Source: Longimicrobiales bacterium
GTDB taxonomy: Bacteria > Gemmatimonadota > Gemmatimonadetes > Longimicrobiales > Gaopeijiaceae
Direction of reading: 5' to 3'
Assembly (NCBI GenBank): GCA_965248195.1
Contig: CBDFIQ010000002.1
Span: 1,728,001 to 1,792,000 of the forward strand
Length of the DNA: 64,000 nt
Below are positions 49,183 through 60,186 of the stretch, one piece after another (within the stretch, counting starts at the first letter, position 1; the number at the start of each line of letters is the position of its first letter). The notes below the pieces were generated by a model, which was given only the letters and a program-made list of their open reading frames with translations, was not told the origin of the DNA and ran no database searches. The translations under genes were made by a program, and so were the position numbers.

Positions 49183-52100
49183 ATGCCCCGCCGTGTCCCG
49201 ATCCTTTTGGCTCTTCTCTTCATGCTGTCGTGCGACAGCGAGGCTCCTCTCACGGGTCCCGAGACGTTCGAGCCGTTCTCCGGAGTGGCGAACCTTGGAG
49301 CCTTCCTCGTCCCGAAGGTCCTCTTGCTCGACGAGGACGCGATCGGCAAGGGGTTGGCGCCGAACTCCTTCGACGAAGAGGACGTGAACGAAGGGATCGC
49401 CGACATCGAGCTTCGGGCCCAGCTCCCCTTCTTCGCCGCCCGCGCGGACCTGGACGTGCTGGACCCCGAAAGAACGATCACGCTTCATTCGGGCGAAGTG
49501 GGCGACGAGGGCTGGTTTGCTCTGACGACGACCCCGGACGCCTGGGATGCGGCTGGCCCGACAGACGACGGCCTGCGCAACTACTTCGGCAATCCGAGCC
49601 AGCCATTCCCACACGACGTTGGTCCGGGCTTGGGCTCGGGCGACGACCCAGAGGCCCTCCTGGACAAGATCGAGGGCGTCACTCCGTTACGTGCGATGGG
49701 ACTCGCGCAATTGCAAGGTCATACGGTCTGCGCCGTGGTCTACAAGAGCGACGTTTCCATCAACTACGGTCCGTTGACCGGCAGCCTCAAGGGCGACAAC
49801 CTGGGGACCGTCGCGTTTCGGGTCCTATCGGTGACGCGGCTCACGGGGTCCTCATCATCATCACTGCCGGCTGTCGAGATCTTGATGCTGGACGCTGACC
49901 TGGTCTGCGAAGGCACTTTCGGGGGGCCGCCGCCAGCGCTGACCCTCTTCGATGACGCCCCCGAGCCGATCTCCTCGTCGGAGCCGTTCGACGTGAGGCC
50001 GCCGGAGGCAGGAGCTCAGGCCGAGTGTCTCGATGAGCTTGGCAACGTGATCGACTGCGACATCGTGGTCGTGCCGGGCGAGTCGGGCGGCAGTGCAGGT
50101 GTGTTCGACGATCCGGGTGAGGTGACGCAGACGTTAGCCGGTTTCATCACGATCGATCCCAATGACGCGGTCAACGCTGCGGGAGAGCCGGTGGAAGAGT
50201 TCGAGCTCATTCTGCAGCTCGTCGAGGCGCCACCCTCTGAGGAGATACCCGTAGCACAGCAGGTACCGTTCTTCATCGATGTTGACGCGGTGGACGGAGC
50301 GGGTAACGACGTGTTCTTCGTGGAGGGCGCGTTGATCGTGCTCTGCCAGCCACCGGATCTCGATGCGACCATCCCCGATGAGCTGCACTTTTTCTTGAGG
50401 ATCTTTGCGGTCAACGACGACGGGAGCACCGAGATCCTCGAGACGACCGTCGACCCGGTGAACTGTCCGGGCGAAGCCCACGGGGGGCTCCGCACGCGTA
50501 GGCGCGCGTTCAGCGGCTTCGGGGCGACGCTGCCTACGAATCCCAGCGTGAGCACAGCGGAGGTACCCGACGGCTCGGTGGGTAGCCCAACGGTGATCGA
50601 GATCCAGGCGAGGCTCTTCTCCGACGAGCTCGGTACAGAGGATCAGATCCTGGGTGGCGACGAGGTGCTGGTGACGGTTACGGGGGCTAATACCGTGACA
50701 CTCTCTACTGAGACAGAAACCATCACGGACAACGGTGATGGCACCTACTCCGCAGAGTACCCGCCCACGGTCGGCGGAGAAGACAACGTCGACATCAAGA
50801 TCAGGAACATCGACGGGGGTCTCCTGGAGCCGATCAGTGGCAGCCCGTTCACATCAGTGGTGGCAGGGGCCGCCGCGCTCTGCAGCTTCAGTCCAGCTGC
50901 GACCATCGTGCCGTTCGAGGATCCCGCCCTGGAGGCGGCGATCAGGGACGCGCTCGAACTCGGTGCGGAGGTGGATCTCACCTGCGAGCTGGTATCTGGC
51001 GTGGGGGGTCTGGATGCGGGATCGATCCCTGGGGATCACGAGTCTGGAGGGGATCCAGAATCTCACGAACCTGACCTTTCTCGAACTCTCGGGGAACGCA
51101 GTCAGCGACCTCAGTCCGCTGAGCGGGCTCCCAAGCCTGGCCTCCCTCTTCCTCCATTTCAATTCATCCAGCGACCTCAGTCTCAGTCCGCTGAGCGGGC
51201 TCACGACCCTGAGGAACGTCGGATTCGATAACAGCTCGATCAGCGACAGCGACATCGTAGCGCTGAGCGGGCTCACGGGCCTAACCAGCCTCTTCCTCGG
51301 CCTCAACTCGATCACCGACATCAGCCCGCTGAGCGAGCTCACGAACCTGACTTGGCTCACACTCTACAGCAACGCGATCACCGACATTAGCGCCCTGGGT
51401 GGGCTCATAAGCCTAGGGGACCCCGGACCCAAATCCGAGGGTTCAGACGACCCAGACCTTGACCTCAGCAACAACCCGGACCTCGCCGATATCCAGCCTC
51501 TGCTCGACAACGTGGGGGTTGGAGCGGGCGATTTCGTCAATCTCGCCAACACGAGCGTGAGCTGCACGGATGTGGCGAGGCTGAGAGCGAAAGGAGTGGA
51601 GGTCACCTTCGCCCCCTGCGCGCCCCTGACCAACGCGATCCTCATCGACGCGTCCAAGGACGGCGGCGCCTGGTGGTTCCCGCAGCCCGACGGCAACTTC
51701 GACGCCTCCGAACCCCACCAGGGCAAGGCCCTCGCCGACTTCCTGCGGAGCCAGGGCAATGAGGTCGTGGAGGTTGGTCGCGGCGTCGAGATCACCAACG
51801 AGCTACTCGGCAGCTTCAACAAGGTCATCCGTGCGGGAGTGTTCGGGGCCTACACGGGCTCGGAACTCGCCGCCTACGACCAATACATACTGCGCAGCGA
51901 TGCCCACCTCCTTCTGACTACGGCCCTCCTGAGCGGGGGAGCGGTCGATCCTATCTCCGAGAGCATCGGGTTGCCCATGGAGGGGAGTCACACCGGTGTG
52001 ATGAGTCCGGTCGGAGCCACCGCCATCACCCAAGGTGTCGGTCCGCTCCCATACAGTCCGCCGGGAGCGGTCGTCGGCCCGGCTCCGACTGCTGCGATCA

Positions 52101-53536
52101 CCCCGCTCGGCATCCTGGGGAACGGAAGCGTCGTGATGGGGCTGGTGACGAGCGAACCCGCGCAGATCCTGTTCATCGGCAATCTCCTCCTGCTCGAGGG
52201 TGTGCCGCAACCGTTGGTCTCCAACTTGCTCAGTTGGCTGTTTTCTGCACCGGGTGGCGAAGGCCCGCTGGCCCCCGTCATCCAGTCCGTGAGCGTGTTT
52301 GACCAAACCACGGGAGCTTTCGGCTCCGCGACCACCCTGGAGGTGAGTTCGGCCGACGCCGTCCTCACGACTCGCGTCGCCATCACCGCCGGCGCCACCG
52401 GCGTGCAGTTTATCCAGATCGACTACCGCAGTCCGTCGGGTAAGCAGTTGCGGCGCCCTTGCTGGCCGTTCGGCACACTGATCTCGGGAAGTGATACGAA
52501 CGGGGACGGGGAGTGGGAATGCACCAACTTGTGGCCGCGCTACAGCGAGGCCGGATTATGGCAACCCACACTAGTTGCCGTCCAGGATCCCCTTGGAAAT
52601 TTCACCAGCTTCAGCAGCGGCGCCGACGGGCTCTGCGACGTCTCCGACCCCACCAACTGCTTTACGGGCATGCCCCAGATCACCGTGATCAGCGATCCCA
52701 CGGATATCAGTCCGCCGGTGCTCCTGTCTCTGGATGTGGGCCTCGACGTCCAGCCCCGGAGCTTCGGGTCCTCCATAACGGTCGATGCCGGAGCGCAGGC
52801 CCACCCGATCGTCTTCCGGTTCCATGCGACGGACGACCTCTCCGGCGTGGAGTCTCCCCATGAGCGCTTCATCGTTGTTTTGGGTGGGCCAAGTGGGCAA
52901 CGCCAGCAGCAGCGCAGCTGCTTCCTCACCGAGGGCACGCCGTTAGATGGCTTCTGGGAGTGCGCGTTCACCATTTCCCAGTTTGCCGAGGCCGGGACAT
53001 GGGGCTTGACCAGGCTCTTTGTGCCGGATCGCGTCGGTAACGACGGAATTCAGGAATCCGCGTCCTTCTACACGCCCAACGGCAGCGGGAGCCTCTGCCA
53101 GCCCGACGCAGACTGCGTGGCCGCGCCGACGGTGGAGGTAACAGGCGTCGGAGACGATGAGCCGCCCGTCCTCGGCTCTCTTGGTCTGAACGTGGTGGGC
53201 CCCACCGTGACGATCACGCTGGAAGCGACGGACAACCTCAGCGGCACCAACGAAGTGATCGTCCAATTCGACCACCCCGAGACCTTCCAGTCCGAACTCT
53301 GCTTTGCCAGCCTAACCGCCGGGACGTCCAACGACGGCACCTGGCAGTGCTCCATCACTTTCTCGGAGTTCGCCGCCCAGGGCGACTGGGTCCTGAGCTT
53401 CCTCACGCTGGTGGACGCTTCCTCCAACCGCAGGCTGCATCGGGGTAACGTCGACGAGGACGGCGTCCTATGCTACTCCACTCCGGCGGGCGACGTCTGT
53501 GAGGACTTCGGGAACACGGTGATCAACTTGCCATGA
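49183..53536 (+). pseudogene. Large multidomain surface lipoprotein (Ig/filamin-like, internalin-type LRR, repeated beta domains), frameshifted
   Basis: Lipobox FMLSC. ORFs 49183-51231 and 50735-53536 join into 1449 aa when one GATC at 51020-51027 is removed (LDAGSLGITSLEGIQNLTNL). Confidence 0.8.
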
Positions 53537-53781
53537 CCTGAGGGGGAGGCCGGATTCGACACTAGTGTCTGGAAGGTAGGGGTCGGCCCAGGCAACCTTG
53601 GCTCGAGGGGTCATTGGACGAGGTGCAGATCTTCCATCGGGTGCTCAGCCAGCTCGAAATCGCCCCGATCTTTCTGACGGGGCAGCCGTGAGGACAGGCG
53701 TCCCATACAGCTGGCGTGCGTCGACTGCATAACCACGGACGGCCGACCAAAGCCCACTCGACGGCATGCTCGCGACATCTC

Positions 53782-54076
53782 GCCGCGTAGCGGGCCGATC
53801 CGTACCTTAGCCGCCCTTGCCTCGGGGACCTGCGCTTTTGCTGGAGGATTAAGATGGTCCGCCGTGTCCCGATCCTGTTGGCTCTTCTTTTCATGCTGTC
53901 GTGCGACAGTGAAGCTCCCACCGGTCCCGAGGCGTTCGAGCCGGTCTCCGGAGTGGCGGACCTCGGGGCGTTCCTGATTCCGAAGGTGCTCTTGCTCGAT
54001 GAGGACGCGATCGGCAAGGGACTCGAGCCGAACTCGTTCGAAGAAGAGGACGTGAACGAGGAGATCGCGGGCATCG
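53782..54076 (+). pseudogene. Truncated paralog of the 49183 lipoprotein 5' end, including its upstream region
   Basis: MVRRVPILLALLFMLSCDSEAPTG...EEDVNEEIA matches 49111-49405, then similarity stops abruptly. Confidence 0.85.
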
Positions 54077-54150
54077 GGCGGACCAACCGGTCCCACGTGC
54101 GACCGGGATGGGGCGCGAATTCGAGCGCCGACACACTCTCTAAGCGGTGG

Positions 54151-55515
54151 CTAGAGGTCAGCCTCTCCCGCCAGCCACCCCGTACTCCCATCCGGTGACT
54201 GCACATAAAGGAACCCCTCATAACTCCCCAGCACGGCGACATCCGTGCCGGCCTCCACGTCCTCCATCACGGGTGCGACGGGACTCGGAGAACTGAACAA
54301 CGCGGACGTGCTCTCGACGAACTGGTTTCGAAGCGGCTCGGCGACCGCTTCCGTCAACCGGGCGGCGACGAAGCCGTCCCGTCCATTGGGAAGCCGGACG
54401 CGGTACCAGGAGCCTGAGGCGGCGAGAACATGGAGCGGCGTGGACTCCTCCAGTTCGGCGACGACCTCCGCGCGCGTACTGGGCCCGCCTCGGAGACGAA
54501 TGCCGCCATTGACCGTGCGAGTCCACTCCCCGAGGTGCTCCAGGGGGGCGGAGGCGTCCGGCAGGGTCTGCGACGGGTGAAACAGGTAGTACCACGGATC
54601 GACGGCGCCCCGGTTGTAGACGCTGAAGTGGAGATGGGGCGGCGTCGTGCGGGCGTTGCCGGTGTTGCCTACGAATCCCAGGACGGTCCCGCGCTCGACC
54701 TCCATCCCGGTTCGCACGACCTGACTATCGAGGTGGGCGTAGTAGATCCGTTGCTGCTCATCCGAATCACGGACCCAAACGACCTTCCCGCCGATGCGTG
54801 TGGTCTCGACCCTGTAAACCCGGCCGTTGGTCGCGGACAGGACCGGGGTTCCGCGGGGCGCGAAGATGTCCACGCCGCGATGACCTCGGCGGCCGCCGTC
54901 CCGGGAGTCACCAAAGAAGCTCAAGACGGCTCTCGTGTCCCGCCGCTCCATGGGAAACGCAAATGACGCGTCCACACGAAGCGTGACCCGGTACCGGCCC
55001 CCTCGCAGGAGCTCGGGTTGAAGCCTCACGACGTATTCGGCTCGCCGGGTAGAGACGTACTCGAGATCCACGGAGTGGAGCTCGGAGGACAGGACCGGGA
55101 GGGGACTCTGCGAGGCATCCTCCGGCATCCGGTACACGTCGATGAAGAACCGAAACGGAACCCCTCCGTCCAGATCCGCGTCGATGGAGAGCCGCTGGCC
55201 GCGCCTCAGCTCAACGCGATAGCTCCGGGCCTCGGGCGTCTCGGCAAACAGGAAGCCCTCCTCCTCGAACGGAAGGGTGATGGTCGGAGCGTTCCTCAGA
55301 GATCGCGTCGCGGCGCTGGTCCACTGCGCGCCGAGCGCGGTCTCTGATAACTTCATCGCACGCAGAGCCTCCTCATAGGCTTCATGAGGGGTCTGATCAC
55401 GAAGCTCATTCTGGATCTGATCGACCTGATCGCACGCAGTAAGCGATACAACGGCGAGGCACAGCCACGCCGTCCATCCCGAGCACGGGAGGCTCACGTT
55501 CTGGAGAAACCTCAT
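54151..55515 (-). CDS. M23-family peptidase lipoprotein with SH3b domains
   Basis: HRGVDIFAPRGTPV, YYAHL and PHLHF motifs, SH3-like C-terminus, lipobox SLTAC. Confidence 0.9.
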   Translation of the reverse strand: MRFLQNVSLPCSGWTAWLCLAVVSLTACDQVDQIQNELRDQTPHEAYEEALRAMKLSETALGAQWTSAATRSLRNAPTITLPFEEEGFLFAETPEARSYRVELRRGQRLSIDADLDGGVPFRFFIDVYRMPEDASQSPLPVLSSELHSVDLEYVSTRRAEYVVRLQPELLRGGRYRVTLRVDASFAFPMERRDTRAVLSFFGDSRDGGRRGHRGVDIFAPRGTPVLSATNGRVYRVETTRIGGKVVWVRDSDEQQRIYYAHLDSQVVRTGMEVERGTVLGFVGNTGNARTTPPHLHFSVYNRGAVDPWYYLFHPSQTLPDASAPLEHLGEWTRTVNGGIRLRGGPSTRAEVVAELEESTPLHVLAASGSWYRVRLPNGRDGFVAARLTEAVAEPLRNQFVESTSALFSSPSPVAPVMEDVEAGTDVAVLGSYEGFLYVQSPDGSTGWLAGEADL

Positions 55516-55658
55516 AAAGACTTCATTTAATTGCTGCCCTCAACTCGAGTGGGCTATGGGAATCCATCGAACGACCCCTAAGTTTCGTCCCACTCTATAA
55601 CAATTCAACCGAATTGGCGAAATTCCTATGATTTCGGACTCCTCCTTCTCGATTCACG

Positions 55659-56939
55659 GTGGATCCCTTGGTACGCATCGCTGAAATTGAATCCGGTAGT
55701 ATCGCTGAAGATCTCCACCTGGAAATCGGTACGCGCATCATCCGAATCAACGGCCAACGGGTTCGGGACGGCATCGACCTCACCTTCCTCCTGGCCGACA
55801 CGTCGCTCGAGCTGGAAACGGTGGGCCCCGAGGGCGAGCCGGCCCTGTACGACATCGTGCGGGATCCGGGGGAACCCGTAGGGATCGTCCCCGCCCCCGA
55901 CACGATTCGGGAGTGTGGGAACAAATGCGTCTTTTGTTTCATCGATGGAAATCCGCAAGACGTTCGGGAGAGCCTGTGGCTGCGCGACGACGACTTTCGC
56001 CTCTCCTTCACGTACGGGACCTACGTGACGCTGACCAATCTGGGGCCGAAGGGGCTGGAGCGCTTGGTGGAGCAGCGCATCAGTCCGCTCTACGTGAGCG
56101 TGCACGCCACGGAACCCGAGGTCCGAGTCCGACTTTTGGTCAACGATCGTGCGGGCCTGATCATGGAACAGCTCCGTTACCTCACCCTAAACGGCTTGAG
56201 TGTTCACTCGCAGGTCGTGCTTTGCCCGGACTGGAACGACGGGGCTCATCTGGATCGAACCATGGACGATCTCTACGGCCTGGGTGAGGGTGTGCTTTCG
56301 CTCTCGATCGTGCCCGTGGGACTCACGAAATACAATCTCGGGCGTCCGGTCCGGCCCCTCACCAGAGAGGAGGCCCGGAAGGCGATCGGGCAGGTGGACC
56401 GGTTCCGTGAAAGAGCGATGCCCGAGCGCGGTATCGGGTGGTGTTACTCGGCGGACGAGCTCTACCTGATCGCCCAGCAGGACCTTCCCCAAGACGCCTA
56501 TTACGACGAGGGAGCCCTGGCCGAGAACGGCGTGGGAGCGCTCAATCGGTTCATACGCGAGTTCGACGAGGGCCTGGAGGGCGTCCCCGAGCTTGGGTAC
56601 CGGCGGTTGCGGCTCGTCACGGGGCGCTCCATGGAGCCTTTTTTCAGGGAACGGGCGGAACGGCTCGCGGGGGCGACCCACGCCGAGGTAGACGTCGTCA
56701 CCGTCGTGAACGATTTCTACGGAGAAAGCGTGACCGTGGCGGGGCTCCTAGCTGGTCGCGATATCCAAGCGAGTCTGGGGGCCACGGCGGCTGACGAGCT
56801 GCTTCTGCTTCCCGCCGAGGCCGTCAACGCGGATGGGCTGTTCATCGACAGCATGCCGTTGAGCGACCTGACGGCCGCCTTGGCTCCGGCCACCCTCGCG
56901 ACAGGGTACGAGATCACCGAGTGCCTCAAGGGTCTGTGA
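55659..56939 (+). CDS. DUF512/PDZ radical-SAM-like Fe-S protein
   Basis: CGNKCVFCFID, RDDDFRLSF..YVTLTN and ENGVG motifs. Precedes der. Confidence 0.88.
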   Translation: MDPLVRIAEIESGSIAEDLHLEIGTRIIRINGQRVRDGIDLTFLLADTSLELETVGPEGEPALYDIVRDPGEPVGIVPAPDTIRECGNKCVFCFIDGNPQDVRESLWLRDDDFRLSFTYGTYVTLTNLGPKGLERLVEQRISPLYVSVHATEPEVRVRLLVNDRAGLIMEQLRYLTLNGLSVHSQVVLCPDWNDGAHLDRTMDDLYGLGEGVLSLSIVPVGLTKYNLGRPVRPLTREEARKAIGQVDRFRERAMPERGIGWCYSADELYLIAQQDLPQDAYYDEGALAENGVGALNRFIREFDEGLEGVPELGYRRLRLVTGRSMEPFFRERAERLAGATHAEVDVVTVVNDFYGESVTVAGLLAGRDIQASLGATAADELLLLPAEAVNADGLFIDSMPLSDLTAALAPATLATGYEITECLKGL

Positions 56940-56992
56940 GCGCGGCGGCATGAGCGTTGAGGGCGTCATGACCCCTGAGGGCGACTCGAGCC

Positions 56993-58333
56993 GTGAGTAG
57001 GGGCGGGCAGGCCAAGGGCATCCCGATCGTCGCGGTCGTAGGCAGGCCCAACGTAGGTAAATCCACGTTTTTCAACCGGGTCATCGGCGGGCGCGTGGCC
57101 ATCGTCGACGACCGCCCCGGGGTCACCCGGGACCGGAACTTCGCGAAGACCGATTGGGCGGGGCGCCAGTTCTTCCTGGTGGATACGGGAGGCATCATCG
57201 AGGGGAGCGACGAGCCGCTGCATCGAGCGATCCGGGAGCAGGCGTATGCCGCGGTCCAGGAAGCGGACGTCATCCTGTTCCTCGTGGACGGAAAAGCGGG
57301 GGTCCACCCGCTCGACGAACGTCTGGCGGAGATCCTCCGCAAGAGTGGCCCACCGGTGCTTCTGGTCGTGAACAAGATGGACAACCTCCCGGGCGACGCA
57401 GGACATGTGGAATTCTGGAGCCTGGGGATGGGTGAGCCCATGCCCGTAAGTGCCATCTCTGGAAAGGGTTCGGGGGATCTGCTCGACGCGATTATAGCCA
57501 AGCTTCCGGAACAAGAGGACGTGCCCGAAGAGGAGGGCGTGGTCCGCGTGGCCGTCGTCGGCAAACCCAACGTGGGCAAGTCGAGCTTCGTGAACCGGCT
57601 CTTCGGAGAGGAGCGTGTGGTGGTGAGTGAGGTTCCCGGGACCACGCGGGATCCCGTGGACAGCCAAATGCAGTATCACGATCAGACGTTCGTTTTCGTG
57701 GACACGGCCGGGTTGCGCCGCCAGTCCAAGGTGAAGGACTCGCTCGAGTACTATTCCGCCCTCCGAACGGCCAAAGTGGTGAGAGAGGCCGACGTGTGCC
57801 TGGTTCTCGTCGACGCGACGGAGCCGATCCACGTGCAGGACCTCAAGGTGGTGGAGCAGGCCTGGGACGCGGGCGCCGGCGTCATTCTCGTGGCCAACAA
57901 ATGGGACCTGGTCGAGAAGGACCATATGACGGCGGCCAAGTTCGAAAAGGACCTCCGCTTGCGGGCTCCGTATCTCAAGTGGGTGCCGGTCATTTTCACG
58001 TCGGCCCTGTCGGGCCAGCGCGTGCGAAAATGCCTCGACCAGATCCTCGAGGTTCAGGATGTGCGGCACGAACGCATCCCGACGGCCGAGGTCAATCAGG
58101 CGCTCGAAGCGCTGCTGCGACACCAACCACCTCCGCATAGCCGGGGCCGCCGCGTGAAGCTCCGCTATGGTACGCAGGTATCCACGGCGCCCCCCACGTT
58201 CGTCTTCTTTGCCAATCTCCCGAAGGCATTGCCCGAACACTACATTCGCTACGTTCACAACAGCCTCCGCGAACGGTGGGGGTTCGTCGGGAGTCCTGTC
58301 CGGATTCGCTTCAGGGAGAATTCACCCAAATGA
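56993..58333 (+). CDS. der: Ribosome biogenesis GTPase Der
   Basis: Two G domains (GRPNVGKST, GKPNVGKSS) and KH-like C-terminus. Confidence 0.96.
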   Translation: MSRGGQAKGIPIVAVVGRPNVGKSTFFNRVIGGRVAIVDDRPGVTRDRNFAKTDWAGRQFFLVDTGGIIEGSDEPLHRAIREQAYAAVQEADVILFLVDGKAGVHPLDERLAEILRKSGPPVLLVVNKMDNLPGDAGHVEFWSLGMGEPMPVSAISGKGSGDLLDAIIAKLPEQEDVPEEEGVVRVAVVGKPNVGKSSFVNRLFGEERVVVSEVPGTTRDPVDSQMQYHDQTFVFVDTAGLRRQSKVKDSLEYYSALRTAKVVREADVCLVLVDATEPIHVQDLKVVEQAWDAGAGVILVANKWDLVEKDHMTAAKFEKDLRLRAPYLKWVPVIFTSALSGQRVRKCLDQILEVQDVRHERIPTAEVNQALEALLRHQPPPHSRGRRVKLRYGTQVSTAPPTFVFFANLPKALPEHYIRYVHNSLRERWGFVGSPVRIRFRENSPK

Positions 58334-59127
58334 GCCCCTTCGTGCTCCTGGCCCTGGCCTACGGTGCCGGCGCGACCCCGACGAGCCTTTGGCTGGGAAA
58401 GGCCGTGTACGGGGTCGATCTACGCACGAGGGGAAGCGGAAATCTCGGAGGCACCAACACCCTGCGAGTGCTCGGGTGGAGGGCGGCGCTTCCGGTGATT
58501 CTGGTCGACATCGGGAAGGGATGGTTCCCGGTCTGGTATTTTCCGCAGATCCAGCCCGCAACGTCCTCCTCCACATGGGCTCTGGCCTATGGTGGAGCGG
58601 CGGTCGTCGGACACGTTTTTTCGTTTTGGGTGGGGTTCAAGGGAGGGAAGGGGATCGCGACGAGCGGCGGTGTCCTCCTGGGCCTCGCCCCCATCGCGGT
58701 GGCGGTATGCCTCGGTGTTTGGCTCGGCGTCGTCTCGCTGACGCGCATCGTCTCGGTGGCCTCGTTGAGCGCCGCTGTGACGCTGCCCGCGGTCGTTTAT
58801 CTCCTGCCACAGCCGGAGGAGACAGCAGAGGGCACCGCGATGCTCTGGTTCGCGGGAGCGCTCAGTGTCTTCGTGGTGTGGTCCCACCGCTCGAATATCG
58901 GACGCCTCCTGAAAGGAGAGGAGGGTTCGTTCCGGAGAGCTGCACCGGAGGGCGGTTCGGAGCGGGGTCCGGAGCGGGGCCTTGAGGCCGAGCCCGAGCG
59001 GGGCCCCGAGGCCGAGGTCGAGCGGGACCCTGACACCGAGCCCGAGCCGGGTCCGGAGGACGGGCTCGAGCGGAGGCCCGAGCGCGGTGTGGAGCCTGGT
59101 CCTGAGACCGGTGAAGACCCGGCGTGA
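58330..59127 (+). CDS. plsY: Glycerol-3-phosphate acyltransferase PlsY with repetitive C-terminal tail
   Basis: GSGNLGGTN, FKGGKGIAT and HRSNIGRL motifs. Confidence 0.93.
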   Translation: MSPFVLLALAYGAGATPTSLWLGKAVYGVDLRTRGSGNLGGTNTLRVLGWRAALPVILVDIGKGWFPVWYFPQIQPATSSSTWALAYGGAAVVGHVFSFWVGFKGGKGIATSGGVLLGLAPIAVAVCLGVWLGVVSLTRIVSVASLSAAVTLPAVVYLLPQPEETAEGTAMLWFAGALSVFVVWSHRSNIGRLLKGEEGSFRRAAPEGGSERGPERGLEAEPERGPEAEVERDPDTEPEPGPEDGLERRPERGVEPGPETGEDPA

Positions 59128-60131
59128 CGCGCGTCGCGGTTGTGGGTGCAGGCGGCTGGGGAACGGCGCTTTCCGCCGTACTTGCAAAGAAGGGTCACGA
59201 CGTGTGCCTGTGGGCCTTCGAGCCGGAGGTGGCGGAGCAGATCACCCAACGGCGAGAGAATGTCCCTTACCTCTCCGGCATCGACCTTCCCGAGAACCTG
59301 AAGAGCACCGCGGATCTCGCGACGGCGCTTGGGGGCGCGGAAATCGTCGTATCGGTGAGCCCCGCTCAACTGGTGAGGCCCGTAATGGCGGAAGCCGCCC
59401 CGCACATCGCGGATGATGCCTTGATCGTCAGTGCCTCGAAGGGCATCGAAACCACGACGCTCCGCCGCATGGACGAGGTCATGGCGGAGGTGTTGAGCCC
59501 CGCTCAGATCACCGGATTCACGGTGCTCTCGGGCCCGAGCTTCGCCGTGGAGGTCGCGAGGGGGATTCCGACCGCGGTGGTCGCGGCCAGCGACAGCCCC
59601 GACGCCGCGCTAGTGGTGCAAGACCTGTTTCAAACGGAATATTTCCGTGTCTACACAGGGAGTGATGTCATTGGGGTGGAGCTGGGCGGAGCCTTCAAGA
59701 ACGTCATCGCGCTCGGGGCGGGGGTCGCGGCCGGCCTTGGCGGCGGCCTCAACACGCTCGCCGCGCTCATCACCCGGGGGCTCGCGGAGATGTGCCGTCT
59801 CGGCGTTGCCATGGGGGCCAAGGCGTCGACTTTTTCAGGCCTCACCGGCATGGGTGACCTCGTTCTCACCTGCACCGGCACCCTGAGCCGAAACCGCACG
59901 GTGGGCTATCGTCTCGGTCAGGGAGAGGCCCTCGAGGACATCCTCGGGGAAATGTCAGCGGTCGCGGAGGGGGTCGCGACCGCCCACGCCGTTCATGATC
60001 TCGCCGCCCGGTACGGGGTAGAGATGCCGATCGCCGAAGAGGTGTTCGGGTTGGTGAGCCTGGGCACCGACCCGGAGCAGGCGCTCAAGAACCTCATGGA
60101 ACGAGATCCCAAGCCTGAAGACTGGTCCTGA
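59124..60131 (+). CDS. gpsA: NAD(P)H-dependent glycerol-3-phosphate dehydrogenase
   Basis: GAGGWGTA, SGPSFA, KNVIA and GDLVLTCTGTLSRN motifs. Confidence 0.96.
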   Translation: MTRVAVVGAGGWGTALSAVLAKKGHDVCLWAFEPEVAEQITQRRENVPYLSGIDLPENLKSTADLATALGGAEIVVSVSPAQLVRPVMAEAAPHIADDALIVSASKGIETTTLRRMDEVMAEVLSPAQITGFTVLSGPSFAVEVARGIPTAVVAASDSPDAALVVQDLFQTEYFRVYTGSDVIGVELGGAFKNVIALGAGVAAGLGGGLNTLAALITRGLAEMCRLGVAMGAKASTFSGLTGMGDLVLTCTGTLSRNRTVGYRLGQGEALEDILGEMSAVAEGVATAHAVHDLAARYGVEMPIAEEVFGLVSLGTDPEQALKNLMERDPKPEDWS

Positions 60132-60186
60132 GTCACGTGGTGCCCAGGATCGGATCCGAGGAACGCACGGGAGGGGATTAATACGA

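Noticed and set aside
48931..54335. Diversity-generating retroelement TR/VR pair
   Set aside because: Differences between the duplicates are not adenine-specific and no reverse transcriptase is present in the window.
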